Of a DNA stretch of 64,000 bases, positions 13,605 through 27,409 are shown piece after piece. Numbering within the stretch: position 1 is the stretch's first letter; the number at the start of each line of letters is the position of its first letter. The DNA comes from Carcharhinus amblyrhynchos (lineage: Eukaryota). The position numbers and the translations under genes were made by a program. The DNA lies in the NCBI GenBank assembly GCA_965287045.1, contig OZ336894.1, forward strand, positions 40,486,001 to 40,550,000, given 5' to 3'. Under the pieces are notes generated by a model that worked only from the letters and a program-made list of their open reading frames with translations, had not been told where the DNA came from and searched no databases.

Positions 13605-13732
13605 TGAATGGAATCATATTGGACTCAAAACATTAACTCTTTCTCTCTCTACTGATGCTGTCAGGCCTGCTGAATTTTTCCAGCAACTTCTGTTCACACA
13701 GATGTCCAGCATCCACAGTATTTTGCTTTTTG
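13605..13732 (+). mobile_element. Penelope-type terminal fragment (similar piece at ~8320-8410)
   Basis: AAAACATTAACTCT..CTCTCT..GATGCTG..CCTGCTGA..TTTCCAGC pattern shared by both copies; family assignment from recollection of shark Penelope termini. Confidence 0.45.
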
Positions 13733-15149
13733 GTTAATTTTTATTAGTCTGTTCCAAAGTGTAAGCATCTAATGATGGTAGAATGAGTTCTGCTTGCTAA
13801 TGAATCAGGTTATTGTAATGGTGCTCCTACAGATGAGTTTGCTGCTCAGAATCCTGGTGATGAAGAGCATGTTTGAGATATAGTTGAGAATAATTTCAAT
13901 TCTTTATTAACCTTGGCCAGTGCTGGGGAGGGAAGACCAATGTGTTAGGTATAAATCATATGAAAGCCAAGCACAATACAAAATCTGTGCAAAAGTGAAA
14001 GATAGTAACCAACATCTTCTCCCCTTTCTCCTAGAAGGACATGCACTTGAATAAATTGGTTGGGGGAGGTTTGCCCATTTTGACATTTTAGAGCAGATTC
14101 CTCGCCTTTATTCTTGGAAGCAAGTCACAAGTACATTAAATCTTTGAACACTACTTGCAGAACCTCTAAGCAATTGAAGTCAGATGGCACACTGACAGAA
14201 ATCTTGAGTTGGTGACTGCATTGAGTACTTCAGGGAGTCTAAAATGTGTTTTCTACAGTGTTGTCTACACTCACCAAAGCCAAATCCTTATGCAATCTTG
14301 CTGCTCGTTCTTTCTAGCTTATAACTCGGCATATTTTCCAGGTGTAAAATTGAATTCTACATCTTGCTAAGCTCACATTTTTCAAGATTTTAAATAATTT
14401 CAAAGTGTTATAACTAATCCAGATATATGATGCACAAGCATTTACTGATACCTGGATTGGAGCACAGGTTGTATACAATTGTCAGTGTTTCTTTTTTGGT
14501 GCGACAACACGCAATTTCAAACTAGGAAACAGCTTCCTTCATCCAGTCTCCCATGACATGCCAAATAATCTCTTGTGAAAGCTATACACTAGCCTACCTG
14601 AATCAGCTGTGATTCAGTACTAACATTCTTGTTTTTGAATCAGAACACTGTGGGAGTGATGTTTTAAAAAAATTCTAAGTCCAGGACGAGCAGGAGAACT
14701 GGAGGTTTTTTGAGTTTTGTTTGTGCGAGTCCAAAGTGCACGATGCACTTGGAGCAAAAAAAAACCCTCAATAATTTCTCACCTACAAGGGAAGAGGTGG
14801 GGCTTAAATCACCCAACGCTGGCTCCGAATAGCAGAGGGTGCCATTGCACATGCGCAGGTGTCCCGTCCCGTTATTATAACTATGGAGTGGCAGCAGTCC
14901 AACACTGGCCCCACACCTTGGCGCTGCTGGGTGCCTAATTGACAGTGCCAATGTTCAGGCATTAGCTTCTTTCCTATGATCCAGGGGGGCTCAGTGGCCC
15001 CTTGGTTCTACCAGTGAGGCCATCACAACTGGTCGCCGTTGCTGGGGTGACCACTCAGTCAATACCTAAAAACTAGATTACCTAGTAATGCGTTTAATTA
15101 CTATTTACAGAACCTTTTATATATAATGTGTAATTTGGACAACCAAATT

Positions 15150-16370
15150 GACAAAGGTAGCATTGAGGGCTAGGTTATAGAGTGTATTTGGGACAGTATT
15201 TTAGCATAATATGTTGTGGAACTAACCAATGACAAGTTATTTTTGATATAAAATGTGTAATCAGACAGGAATAAGAATCTCATAGTAAAGGATCAATTTG
15301 GGAAGATGGCCATCACATTCAGTTTGAGGGTAAGAAACCTAAATGTAAATAAGGGCATTACAAACATATGCAGTTAGAGTTGAATACAGTAGATTGAGAA
15401 AATTGAAAGAAAAAGAATAGTGTTTTTTGTATTAGTGGTGGACCAGAAGATCGAGAAAATTTTAGAAACCAGCAAATGATCACAAACAGAGAGAAAGTGG
15501 ACTATGCAAACTAGTAAGAAAAATGAGCATCAACAAGTATTTAAAAAATACAGCAGGTAAAGTAAACATTAGAGAATACGATTGTAGCACTGATAATGGA
15601 AAACAAATAAATGGCAGATACATTGAGCAAATAACTTGTGTTTGTCTTTACAATAGAAAACACAAAGTATCCAAGGATTAAGAAAAAAAAATCAAGAAGC
15701 AAAGAGGAGAGAGGAACTTAAAAGTACTAAGCAAAATAATGGGTCTTGGGCTTACAGGTACTCTGGACTTTATGGTCTGAGTTGGTTGTAATATTTCAAA
15801 ATTTCTTGGATTCTGAAAAGATCCCAGTGGATTTAAAAGCCTGAATGTAATGTCCCAGTTTTAAAAATGAAGGAGGCAGAAAACAGGAAACTATAGGTTA
15901 GTTAGTCTAACATCTGTCATTGGGGGGGGAAAAAACTGGAATCCATTAAGAAATTAGTAGCAGTATATTTGGAAAGTCAATATATTCAAGTAAGGTCAAC
16001 ATTTCTTTGTGAAAGAAAAATCATGCTTGGCAAATCTGAGAGGTTTTTCAGGATACAATGAACAGGATGGATAACGGGGAACCTGTAGATGCTGTATATT
16101 TGGGTAAGAACTCATTGTTTTGAGTGTAACATGACGAACGTGGAAATAAAATTGAACATCAAAGAAAATAATGCAGATGAATGCTCATTTTAAGATTGAG
16201 AAGCTAACCAGCAGGGTGCCACCGTGATCAGTGCTGGCACCTCAACTATTTATAATGTCTGTACTTTAGCCTAATGCTGCTGAAATAAAGAAAGGAGGGA
16301 AAGCAAGTTATGAAGAGAACAAGAGTCTGCAAAGGATAACGATAGGCATTGGGCAAAAATTTAGCAGTTT
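15150..16370 (+). mobile_element. Old, heavily decayed CR1 ORF2
   Basis: Remnants of GNYRxVSLTS (GGAAACTATAGGTTAGTTAGTCTAACATCT), KSCLxNL and GVPxxSVLxPQLF (GGGTGCCACCGTGATCAGTGCTGG). Confidence 0.65.
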
Positions 16371-16819
16371 CTTTTCAGATACCCTCTCAGCCCCCTCCCC
16401 CCTTAGATCTTACTTCAGGCCAAATGCCTTGGCAGTGCCAATGGTGCATTGACACCTGGCACTGATACCCTGGCATGGCACTTTGGGCCACGAGTGGGGG
16501 CAAGGAGGAAGTCCTAGGTGCAGTGGCCATTTGCTCCTCTGCCATTGCCAAGCTGCAGAGGGAAGGTCCCCCAAAGGTCCTGAGGGCTTAGAAGACTCAG
16601 GCTGGGGGGCAAGGGGTTGACTTCACCACACTTCCCCAGGATGAAGATGTCGTGGCTGAACTGCCCTTTCTAATCCTGGCAAACCTGAAGAATTTGAAGT
16701 GAAAGAGCTCATTCCCTTTGAAGAAACCACAGTTGTCAATTAGGCTGAGAGTCTTTGTAACCATTGAGGTTAGGAGCATCTGGGTACTTGTGATGCATTC
16801 AAGCATGAAGGGAAGGTTC

Positions 16820-17595
16820 ATAAAGAACAAAGAAAACAGCACAGAAACAAGCCTTTTGGCCCTCCAAGCCTGCACCAACCATGCTGCCCTCCTTAACTAA
16901 AATCCCCCACCTTCCGGGCACCGTATCCCTCTATTCCCATCCTATTCATGTACTTGTCAAGACGCTCCTTAAAAGTCACTACCAAATCTGCTTCCACTAC
17001 GCGCCGCCACCCCCTTGCCCCAGCAATGAGTTCCAGGCACCCACAATTCTCTGTAAAAAAAAAAAAAAACTGCCTCGAACATCTCCTTTAAACCTTGCCC
17101 CTCGCACCTTCAACGTATGCCTCCTAGTAATTGACTGTTCCACCCTGGGAAAAAGCTTCTGAGTATCCACTCTGTCCATGCCTCTCATAATCTTGGAGAC
17201 TTCTATTCCCTCAACCTCTGTCATCTCCAGTGAGAACAAACCAAGTTTCTCCAAGCTCTCCTCATAGCTAATGTCCTCCATACCAGGCAACATCCTGGTA
17301 AATATTTTCTGTATCCTCTCCAAAACCTCCACATTCTTCCAGTATGGTGACCAGAATTGAACACTATGTTCCAAGTGCAGCCTAACTAAGGTTCTATAAA
17401 GCTGCAACATGACTTGTCAATTTTTAAACTCAATGCCCGGCTGATGAAGGCAAGCATGCCATGTGCCTTCTTCACTACCTTCTCCACCTGCATTACCACT
17501 TTCAGTGACCTGTGTACCTGTACACCTAGATCCCTTTGCCTATCAATACTCATATGGGTTCTGCCATTTACTGTATATTTCCTATCTGTATTAGA
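16820..17595 (-). mobile_element. CR1 LINE 3' portion
   Basis: MLQLYRTLVRLHLEHSVQFWSPY..LERIQKIFTRMLPG..LGLFSLE. Confidence 0.9.
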
Positions 17596-17604
17596 CCCGA
17601 TTGG

Positions 17605-17823
17605 AAGCTGAGTACAATTCTCCTAGTCACCACACTCCAGCGCCTGTAGGTTAAGTGCATTTAATCAACACGTCTTTCAGACTGTGGGAGGAATCCAGAG
17701 CACCCAGAAGAAATCCGTGCACAGTTGGGGAGAATGTGCAAATTCCACACAGACAGTGACCCAAGCTGGGAATCGAACCAGGTTCCTGGCGCTGTGAGGC
17801 AGCAGTGCTAATCGCTGCCACCA
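17605..17823 (-). mobile_element. tRNA-headed V-SINE
   Basis: TTAGCACTGCTGCCTCACAGCGCCAGG, B-box GGTTCGATTCC, V-domain TGTGTGGAATTTGCACATTCTCCCC. Confidence 0.8.
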
Positions 17824-18444
17824 ATACTATGAATTGATCAAAGGTTTTCAGTGGAATAGGGAACATTTCAAAAGTTTCAGCTTACCAGGAAGACTGAGAC
17901 TTCAAATAAAAACTTTGCGAATACATTGGGCCTGGACGAAGAGTTATGGAGAAGGGAAACCCCTCAGTGAAGTTGATAGGATATCTCTCTGTCAGAGGAC
18001 TTCAAAGGGGTCTGCTCATATCTGCAGCTTCTGACAGTGAGGAAGTGAAATCCCTGCTACGGAAGAGACTGCTGCTTTGATTTAAAAGCTTGCTACCTGT
18101 CTGGGTGCCATGAGATTAAAATTTGAAGTAGCCTGGTCATTTTATCGCTGACGGGAGGAATGAAGATGTTGGTCACAGAGCTGTCTGAAGTCACCATGTA
18201 GGGGGTGATCTTTAGGTCTGCCAAGCTAGAAGGGGCAGTCCAACCATGAGATACCCATCCCCGAGAGAGTGTGAGATCAACCTCTTGCCTCTAGCCCATG
18301 CCCAGCCAACCCTCCTGGACCCCTGAGGGACCATTCACTGCAGTCTGGAAGTGGCAGAGAGCACATGGGTACTGGACTTATTCCTTGCCCCCCCAAGGCC
18401 AGGGTGTCAGTGCTGGGGGCAGTGCACCATTGGCACTTCCATTG

Positions 18445-19735
18445 CACTTATTCACTTATGGGACATGGGCATTGCTGGCTGGCCAGCATTTAGTGCCCAT
18501 CCCTTGTTGCTTGCCCTTGAAAAGGCGGTGGTGAGCTACTGCCTTGAATTGCTGTAGTCCATGTTCTGTGGGTTGACCCACAATGCCATTCGGGAGGGAA
18601 CTCCAGGATTTTGACCCAGTCTCTGTGAAGGAATGGTAATATATTTCTAAGTCAGGATAGTGAGTGGCTTGGAGGGGAACCTGCATATAACGGTGTTCCC
18701 ATCTATCTGCTGCCCTCGTCCTTCTAGATGGAAGTGGTCGTGGATTTGGAAGGTGCTGCATAAGGATCTTTGGTGAATTGATGCAATGCTTCTTGTAGAA
18801 AGTACGTGCTGCTGAGCTTCAATGGTGGCGGGATTGCAAGTTTGTAGATGCGGTTCCAATCAAGAGGGCTGCCGTGTCCTGGGTTGTTGATTTTTTTTTG
18901 TGTTGTTGGAACTGCACCCATTCAGGCAAGTGGGGAGCATTCCATCACATTCCTGACTTGTTCTTTGTAGATGATGGATAGGCTTAGGGGAGTCAGGAGG
19001 TGAATTGCTTGCTGCAGTATTCCTAGCCACTGTGTTTGTGATGGGTCCAGTTGAGTTTCTGGTCAATGATAACCCAAAGGATGTCGACAGTGGGGGATTC
19101 AGTGATGGTAACACCATCGAATGTCAGTGGATGGTGATTCAAGTGTCTCTTATTGGTGATGGTCATTGCCTGGCATTTGTATGGTGCGAATGTTACTTGC
19201 CACTTGTCAGCCCAGGTCTGAATATTGTTCAGATCTCATTGCATTTGAATGTGGACTGCTTCAGTATCTGAGGAGTCATGAATGGTGCTGAACATTGTGC
19301 AATCGTAGGTAAACATCCCCACTTCTCACTTCTGCCTTTATGACGGAGAGAAGATCAGTGATGAAGCAGCTGAAAATTGTTGGGCCTGGGACACTACCCT
19401 GAGGGACTCCTGCAGAGATGTCCTTGAGCTGAGATGACTGACCGTCTATAACAGCAACCATGTTCGTATGTACCAGGTATGATTCCAACTAGCAGAATGT
19501 TTGCCCCCTGATACCCATTGATTCCAGTTTTGCTAGGGGTCCTTGATGCCACACTCAGTCGAATGCAGCAATGATGTCAATGGCTGTCACTCTTGCCTCA
19601 CCACTGGAATTCAGCCCTTTTTGTCCATGTTTGAACTGAGGCTGTAATAAAGCTAGGAGCTGAGTGACCCTGGCAAAACCCAAACTGGACGTCGCAGAGC
19701 AGGTGCTGCTTAATAGCACTGTCGATGACCTTCCT
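18445..19735 (-). mobile_element. Non-LTR retrotransposon (CR1/L2-group) RT and 3' end
   Basis: GQSSQLKDISAGVPQGSVPGPTIFSCFITDL RT motif; the same family occurs at ~23515-23830, 39800-40985 and 47925-48700. Confidence 0.8.
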
Positions 19736-20429
19736 TCACTTTATCTGCCCTGAAGGTGAGTGCATAGAGGTCTGAGCGGGTGACAGACCAGATCACACTC
19801 ATACTGGTGTTGGTGGGGAAGGGGGGAAAATGCCCCTTGCTGAGGGGTTGGTGATGCTCCCCTGCTTAGTAGAGGTGGGGAACAACATTTTGGCGTTTGT
19901 GGGGGAGAGGGCTTTTACACAAACGCAGAAATGGGGATCCTTGGATTTTGCTGGCAGGTTCCTCGGGGTGCGTCTATTTACAACCATCAGCTGGATAAAT
20001 CCCACCTGACAGCCACTCCCCATGGCTGCATAATTCACTCCCGTTTTCACACCAGCAGGGCACACTTCACCTGAAAGTGGGTGAATCATCTGTCTTTTGA
20101 AGTTACTGTGAAATACTTTTGATTTAATTGTTATGCTGGAAAAAGTAGTGCTATTGTCTATTGTTGATATCTAGGTATTTTAAACAATTTCATCTTCCTG
20201 TGCAACCTGCTAAATCACTGCCCATTTCACAAAAAGAGCAAAGTGGTTACGTTCTGTTGCTAATGGTAACTTCGGTAGGAAGTTCATAAACGACCTGCAT
20301 TTGAATGAAACAATTGTTTACTTAAACTCCTGTAGATTTTATAGCCATAAAGTGATTCAGCTTCACCTTAGTACACTACCTGGATAATGGTGTTCCTTCA
20401 TACTATAAAATTTAGCCTTCAAGTTCAGT

Positions 20430-20810
20430 TACCTAGATAAATTGGGACTGTTTCTCTTGGAGGACAGAAAGTTAAGAGGAGATTTGATGAGAGGTATTCA
20501 AACTCATAAGTCCAGATGGAGTGTATAGGGAAACTTCCCACTGGTGGAAGGATGAGAAGGCACAGATTTTTGGTCATTGGAAAATAAGCAATGGAGATAT
20601 GAGAAAATTTTTCATGTAGCAAATGGTTAAGATCAGGAATGCGCAGCCTGGTAATGTGGTAAAGACAGGTTCAGTCAAAGCATCCAGGAGGGAAGTAAAT
20701 ATTTACTAAAAAGGATGAATGTGGAGAGTTGCCAGGAGAAAGCAGGAAAATGGGATCGGGTAAATTGCTCATTCAGAAAGCTGAACGGCCCCCTGTACTA
20801 TAATCTGATT
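20430..20810 (+). mobile_element. CR1 3' fragment
   Basis: LDKLGLFLL..RKLRGDL remnants. Confidence 0.65.
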
Positions 20811-20901
20811 TTGAAATGTTGTGCTTATTCATTTTTGTAAATTTTTGTTGGTGTAAGTATTGTTATAATGCTGTTTCTTCTCTGAATAGGAAAATACTAA
20901 T

Positions 20902-21259
20902 ATGGCAACATCTGCTGATAAAAGCCACAGTACCATGTGGGCACGATTTCACAACGAATCCCCAAATAAGGTTGTGAAATTGCTGAGAAAAAGTAAAAGC
21001 ATGGATACACTGCTGGAAGCCTCAAATTGGACACTGAAGGATATCCCAGAATATGATACAGTTGGGACCTTACTCCCTACATCTTTACCAACAGTACCAC
21101 TAACAAAATGGGAGGCTCTGCTTAATCAGCATGGGGAAGAGATTTTGTTGCATCCCAAAAGGAACGTCACAACCAGCAGGAGCTGCCCATCACTTCTATG
21201 CAAGACAGAATCTGCTGCAGCTTTTACAGTACATTGTGTTGTCCAGTCACGCAGTGCAG
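20902..21259 (+). CDS. First coding exon of uncharacterised + strand gene (exon starts 20890)
   Basis: Acceptor CTGTTTCTTCTCTGAATAG, strong Kozak AATATGG, 119-codon open frame in non-repeat sequence, donor CAG|GTTAGA; ends in phase 1 from ATG 20902 but phase 2 from ATG 21198. Confidence 0.7.
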
Positions 21260-24167
21260 GTTAGATTCTGACATTCATTATGCAGGATATTTATTGCACA
21301 TTCTAAACCAGAACCTGATACTCAGTTTCACTCTATTGCCAGTTTAATGTATTTTTGGTTCTTTGCTTGATAATGCAGTAAGCATATTGCTAAGCAAATG
21401 ATCTGACTTAAGCTAGAACTTTAGCAATGCAGTAATTGTGTATATATAGATTTGGATTAAATACATTGACATTTGAACATGAGCAGCTACATATATCTTA
21501 AAGAAAGACTCTGGTGCAATTTAATCTATTGCTTACATTTAATAGGAATTCCAAGTATTGCCATTCAAGCCGCAAGTATTTCTGGTGAGGAAAAGAATCA
21601 GTAAGTGGAACTTTGTTGCATGCTAGCATATTCCTTGTTCATTGTGAGATGGAGAATGCATTTTTATAACATGTCACTAATTTAAGTAGAACTTATTATA
21701 ATCTGATTAGGGGCTTTTGTTTAAAATAGACAGCATTTGAAATCCTAGTTACTTAAAGAATAAAGCCACAAGATTCCACAGTTTTAAATAATCAAAAATA
21801 AACTTCACTGTACAAAGTCAGAAAAGTAAAATGCACTACAATATCTTACACGTTAACATTAGGTGACTATGAGTTAACAGATAAACTATGTGGTTGAAAG
21901 TAACACATTGTATATTAAATGGCAGGTGCGACCAAGAGATCTCCCATAGAATTCTCAGCACCCACCCAGACATCAGTGACCAGTATGAGTCACAAACTCT
22001 CACTGAATTTTCTGTCGCCTACAGGAGGGATTTCAGCTTTTCGCTTTTGGAGATCTAATCTCTGATTTCCCTAAAATGCTGTTCCAATTTGGACTTCCTC
22101 AATGACTGCTCACCTGATAGTTTAATCTCTATTGAGCATACATTCTGTGTGACTTGCAAAGCTGCTCTCCCACCTCTAATCTTGCAACCCTTTCACAGAT
22201 CATCAGCTTCACTAAACTAGCACTGCCCTTCTCTAAACTCTGGTCTCCTGGCCACACTGAGCTGTAAATGGCTTGCAGTCTTCCCTAACCCCTCAGAATC
22301 CCAAACAGGTCTCGCTTCCTTTTTTACAAGGCAGAATCCATAGACTGTCATTCAGGCTTAGCTTACAGTCACGATCAGTGAAACCACTTCAGATGCATTC
22401 AGAGCTGAGGCTATCACTGAAGACTTGTTACAATTGACCAAAGTCGTCTCATTCACTGTAGCCTGAATGTGGGGGGAGGGGTGGTGGGTAATTTGAGGGG
22501 GGGGATGGGGAACCCAAGTGAGGGTCGAGGGTCTGGAGGGAGGGTGAGCTGGAAGTGGGAAGGTGTTTGGGTAGGGGGGTGGGGTGGTTTGGTCTGAGGG
22601 AAAGGAGAGCCCGAGTGGAGATTTATGGGTGGGTTCAGGTTGGGTCACCCTCATGTCTGGGTTGTGTGGATGGGAGGATGCCCCCCCCCCCCCCCCACCC
22701 TTTTTGTGAAGGGTTACTGGTGTTCCTCTAGTTAGTTTAGGGGAGGTGGGGGGGCCAGTAAATGTTGTGGAAATTGGCAGCCCGGTTTCAGTACAGGGGG
22801 GGCTGGCAGGCAGGTTGTCCATGATGCATAAATTAGCATCCAGAATCCACCCAACAGACATTGCTAATGGCAGCGGGAAACCTCGTGTGGGCACTGACCT
22901 CTTTCTGGACTGTACTTTCTTTCAAGCAGTGTAGACATTACGTCATCAGCTAAGCAAACTCACCTGCTGTTTTGGCATCTTACCTGTCTAGCTGGTAGCC
23001 CCTTAAATCAATATGACCCCATTTTTTTTTAAGTGTATGAGACTCCAAGCTGCGTTCGATACATTTATCCCATTGTTTACAATTCAGCTTGAATCTTCTC
23101 AAAATAATCATTACCTCTAAAATATTAACAAGAATTGTGAACTAGATACTTGTAACACACTATAAGTCAAATTTTGATTTGTGTAAATTATAGTTTAGCA
23201 ATTGCTTCAATGATTGTACAATAATTGAAATCCATAAATTAGTAGCATTTTCCTTTCTTATCTACATATTTAATTTTCAATAACTAACAGTTGCTGAGAA
23301 TATATAGCAAGTTGGATTCAAGATATGCCTTTTGTAGTTCAATTCTGGTATTTAGTAATAATGGGTAGGAGTTTAGATGCAAACGGGGCACTCCTGGGTT
23401 TAGGTAATAGTGTAAGACAATGCTTTTGACAGAATTAGAATGGGCATTCTTGACTTGGCAACAATGTGATAAGGCTGCTGAGTTTGACAGCATGATTCTT
23501 TTATTTTTCATCTCAGCATATGGGCATTGCTAACAAGCCAACATTTATTGCCCATCCCTAAGTGCCATTGCAAAGGTAGTGGTGGACCACCTGTGCATGT
23601 AGTGATGGCTATTTCCCAAAACGCTAATAATACACTTAAGTAAAGAGTTTCAGGATTCCATGTTGGCAGGGTCTTTGACTTTGAGGTGATGGTGTTTCTA
23701 TGCATCATCTTTCCAGGTGGTGAAGGTCACAGGATTAGATGCCACCAGAAGAATCTTGGCAACTTGCTACAGTGCACCGATATTGGCAGAAATGAATGTT
23801 TAAGCTGGTGGATTGAGGGGGGGGATGCTGTTTAGTAGACTGGAGGGGGAAACCTGACATTTGTCACATCGGGTTAAATGTAGGGTTTAGCTCACTGTAG
23901 CATTCCTCCTGTCCCTCAGCGGGGAAAGGTTTTAGCATTCAGTGTTTGGCTGAACTGGTTTGTAACTTTCTAAGAAATCAAATTTTATGAAAGATGTAAG
24001 CAGCTGTCAATTAAATTTGGCATTTTGAAATTGGTTCCTGGAAATGTATACGGACCTGTGTGTGATTTGAATTTATTAGTCATTTATATTTTCTAATTTT
24101 TAACAGAACAAATATATTCAGTTTGCTTTCAAAATTCAACTTACTTAATTAAACCTTTTTTGTATTC

Positions 24168-24540
24168 ATTTGGGGGATGTGGGCATCGCTGACTGGCCAG
24201 CATTTATTGCCCACCCCTAGTTGCCCTTGAACTGAGTCGCTTACTAGGCCATTTCAGAGGGCCAGCCACGTTGCTGTGGCTCTGAAGTCACATGCAGGCC
24301 AGACCAGGTAAGGACGGCAGATTTCCTTCCCTAGATATCATTAATGAACCAGATGGATTTTTCTGACAATCGACAATGGCTTCACAGTCATCGGTAGATT
24401 CTTAATTCCAAATTTTGTTTTATTGAATTCAAAGTCCATTATCTGTTGTGGTGAGATTTGAATCCAGGGTCCCCAGAATGTTAGCTGAGTTTCTGGATTA
24501 ATAATCCTGTGATAACACCACTGGGTTATTGCCTCTCCTT
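24168..24540 (-). mobile_element. tRNA-derived SINE (second family), near full length
   Basis: Reverse complement matches 24836-25160; tail GGGCAATAAATGCTGGCC shared with the LINE at 18445. Confidence 0.75.
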
Positions 24541-24835
24541 AAAGTGAGAACTCAGCTCCTTTTCTCAATTAGTTTAATTGGCATTCTGAAGTTTATAAAT
24601 TACTTAAAGGCACAACATATGTGACCACTATAAATGTCATGTTTATTTGTTGGTCTCACGTCACCCATTTATTTTTTCCTTTATTCTGGAACAATATCAT
24701 CTTGCATTATGTTGCTGTTTGACCTGAGGAAATCATTGAATAGGCTTGCACTATTATCTGAACCTTATAATCATAGAATCTTACACAGCACAAAAGGAGG
24801 TTATTTGGTGGTCTTTGTTGGCTTTTTGAAAGATA

Positions 24836-25160
24836 GTGATGAGGCAGTGGCATAATGGTATTGTTGTTGGACTAGCAGTTCAGTGACCCAGGATAATGCT
24901 GTGGGAATCTGGGTTTGAATCCCACTATTGCAGATGGTGTGAAATTTGAATTCAGTAAGAATCTGGAATTTAAGTCAAATGATGACCATGAAATCATTGT
25001 TTATCATAAAAGCCCATCTTGTTCACTAATATCCTTTAGAGAAAAAAACCTGTTTCCTTGCCTGGTGATGCCTGATCCACAGCAATGTGGTTGAGTCTCA
25101 AATGCCCTCAGATGGGCAATAAATGCTGGCCCAGCCAGCAATGCCCATGAATGAATAATT
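24836..25160 (+). mobile_element. tRNA-derived SINE (second family)
   Basis: A-box-like GTGGCATAATGG, B-box-like GGTTTGAATCCC, tail GGGCAATAAATGCTGGCCCAGCCAGCAATGCCC. Confidence 0.75.
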
Positions 25161-26283
25161 TTTAAAAATATTCCATTTTGTTTCCTTCCTCTGGTCTTTC
25201 CCCTTTGGCCAACAAATCTCATTTCTAATATAAATCTAATTTCTTTTTCCCATTCAGTGCATTTGAGATCATCATAATTCATGGCATTAAAAAAAAATTC
25301 TAATTTCATTCATGAGTGTTTGTTCACCTTAAATTTGCATCATTGGATTACTGACCCTCCTACCAGTATAGGAGTTTTTCCCTGTCTACTCTTCTTAAAG
25401 TTCCACTTAAGTTTGAGCATCGCTACTAAATTTCCCCTTAACCTTCTCGCTCAAAGGTAAGCAATTCCAACTTCTATAATCTCTTCACATAACTGAAGTC
25501 CCTCAGCCTAAGTAGATTCTGCATCCGGTCCAGGGCCTTGAGATCCTTCCTAAAGTGGAACTTCTTGCCACATCACAAGCATCATGGAGTTGTGAAACCA
25601 CTCAAGATAGATATTCCTTTTGTGTGGGAACTTTGTTTCAAAAACGTAACTGCATTTTCTTAATACCTATCCTAAAAAAGATAATAGAACACTATTCCCA
25701 CATAAGTATTCCCACATTCTTATCTTCCCTTTCATCGACAAGCTGAAATGAAAATAGTACCAACAGAACGTCATGGCCTAAAAGAAGCCACAATACTTCA
25801 CTTCGTATTCCTAATAACACTCTTTCTCCTATAAGCATTTCCAACAGTCTGAAGAGTTAAGGAATGGGAAAAGTTTTAACACTGTAGAGGCAGGTTCAGT
25901 TAAGGCACTCAAGAGTGAATTAGATTACTATTGGAAAAGGAAGAATGGGCAAATGACGCTTGGTAAATTGCTCATTTGGAGAGCCAGGGTGGACTCTGAG
26001 CCGACTGGCCTCCTGTGTTTATAACAATACTGTGGTATGTGGACCAGGAGATCATCAAATATTATTAAAGTAATCAAGCTAATCTTGCAGCCCAGACAGT
26101 GCTTACAACTCTTTCATAAAACATTCTGTAAATCAGGATTTTGTATTTTTAGATCAGAAATTTTGCACAATATACGTGATAAGAAGCAAAATGATTTGGT
26201 CAGCAGCAGCTCTATTATTGTATTGGTTCCACATTTAACATTGTGTTGGCAGAAGAACTTATTTTATCTGTTCCATGTCTCAG

Positions 26284-26397
26284 GTTTACTGCTGAGCGGG
26301 ACAGTGTTACTCTGCAATCCACCAGAACGTCAGATGATAGTAAAACGCCAGAGGAAATAAATCAGAAGGATGCATTCTTTTCTTGGGCATTGGAAAG
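26284..26397 (+). CDS. Coding exon (RFTAERDSVTLQSTRTSDDSKTPEEINQKDAFFSWALER)
   Basis: TTCCATGTCTCAG acceptor, AAG|GTAATG donor, 114 nt, open in phase 2-2 and in register with all downstream exons. Confidence 0.75.
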
Positions 26398-27294
26398 GTA
26401 ATGTTGTCTTTAAGTAAGTATATGGGTTTGATTTTTCTCACTTCCATCAGAAATTTACCATTGGATACTTGTGGCCATAAGGGCACTGCTCCTACAGAAA
26501 AATTACTATGCCTGTGGAAGTGAAATTTGAGCATTGGGTATTTTGATTTATTCAATATAGATGTAAGCAACTTAGAAATAAAAGCTTAATGCATGTAGAG
26601 CAGAACTGTAAACACAGGCTATATGGCGTAAGAATTGAACTTTTATAATTACCCCTCCAAAGACTTAGTGAGTAAGTATATTTTGTGGAATACCTTTAAT
26701 CAGTTTGGAATAGAAAAGCCCAATATTCACTATTTTATTCTCAATATACTAAAAGGCAATTGAAATGCTCAGTTGGCATCCCTGGAATAAAGAGGGAAAA
26801 ATCGATCAGGGTACCTCTTCTAGATTATTGTCACTCAGAAAACTTTGTGTATTTACCTTTTTTTGTAGGGGGAGAAATGATCCCGTACTGGAGGATATAG
26901 TTTCTCCATATCTACCCTGTTGAGACTTAATGTTTTAACCACATTGATGAGATTGGCCTGCAATCTTCTATACTGAAGGGTACCCAATTTTATGTAAACA
27001 GTCCATATGATTTTATCCTTTGTTGAATCTGACTTGCATCCACTTCAAGGCTAGCATTCCCTTCCTGAATGTTCCTGAACGCATATCCCAGAGTGATGAG
27101 TAATTGCTTAAATGAGGGTTGCTTATTCCTGTGGAACCATATCCAAGCAGTTTCAGCAGGATTGGGGAGAGAAAACTGAAAGGGAGAATTAATGGGCTAC
27201 ATAACACTGGTCAAGTATGTAAGCAGCACATGGGGAAATTTGTTAATGGCTGAAAATAATTAAGATTTATATATAAAGATATTTCTGCTTCTAG

Positions 27295-27409
27295 AGCTGA
27301 AAATTCAAACATTAAAGAAAAATGTTTTGAAGAATTTGCAATGGAAGAAAAGGAAGGGTTGATTTTGGAAAATGACTTCCTGAACCCAACAGTGACTGTC
27401 CATAAACTG
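27295..27409 (+). CDS. Coding exon (AENSNIKEKCFEEFAMEEKEGLILENDFLNPTVTVHKL)
   Basis: TTTCTGCTTCTAG acceptor, CTG|GTGAGA donor, 115 nt, phase 2-0. Confidence 0.8.

Noticed and set aside
22358-22894. 178-aa proline-rich minus ORF
   Set aside because: By-product of a G-rich low-complexity repeat
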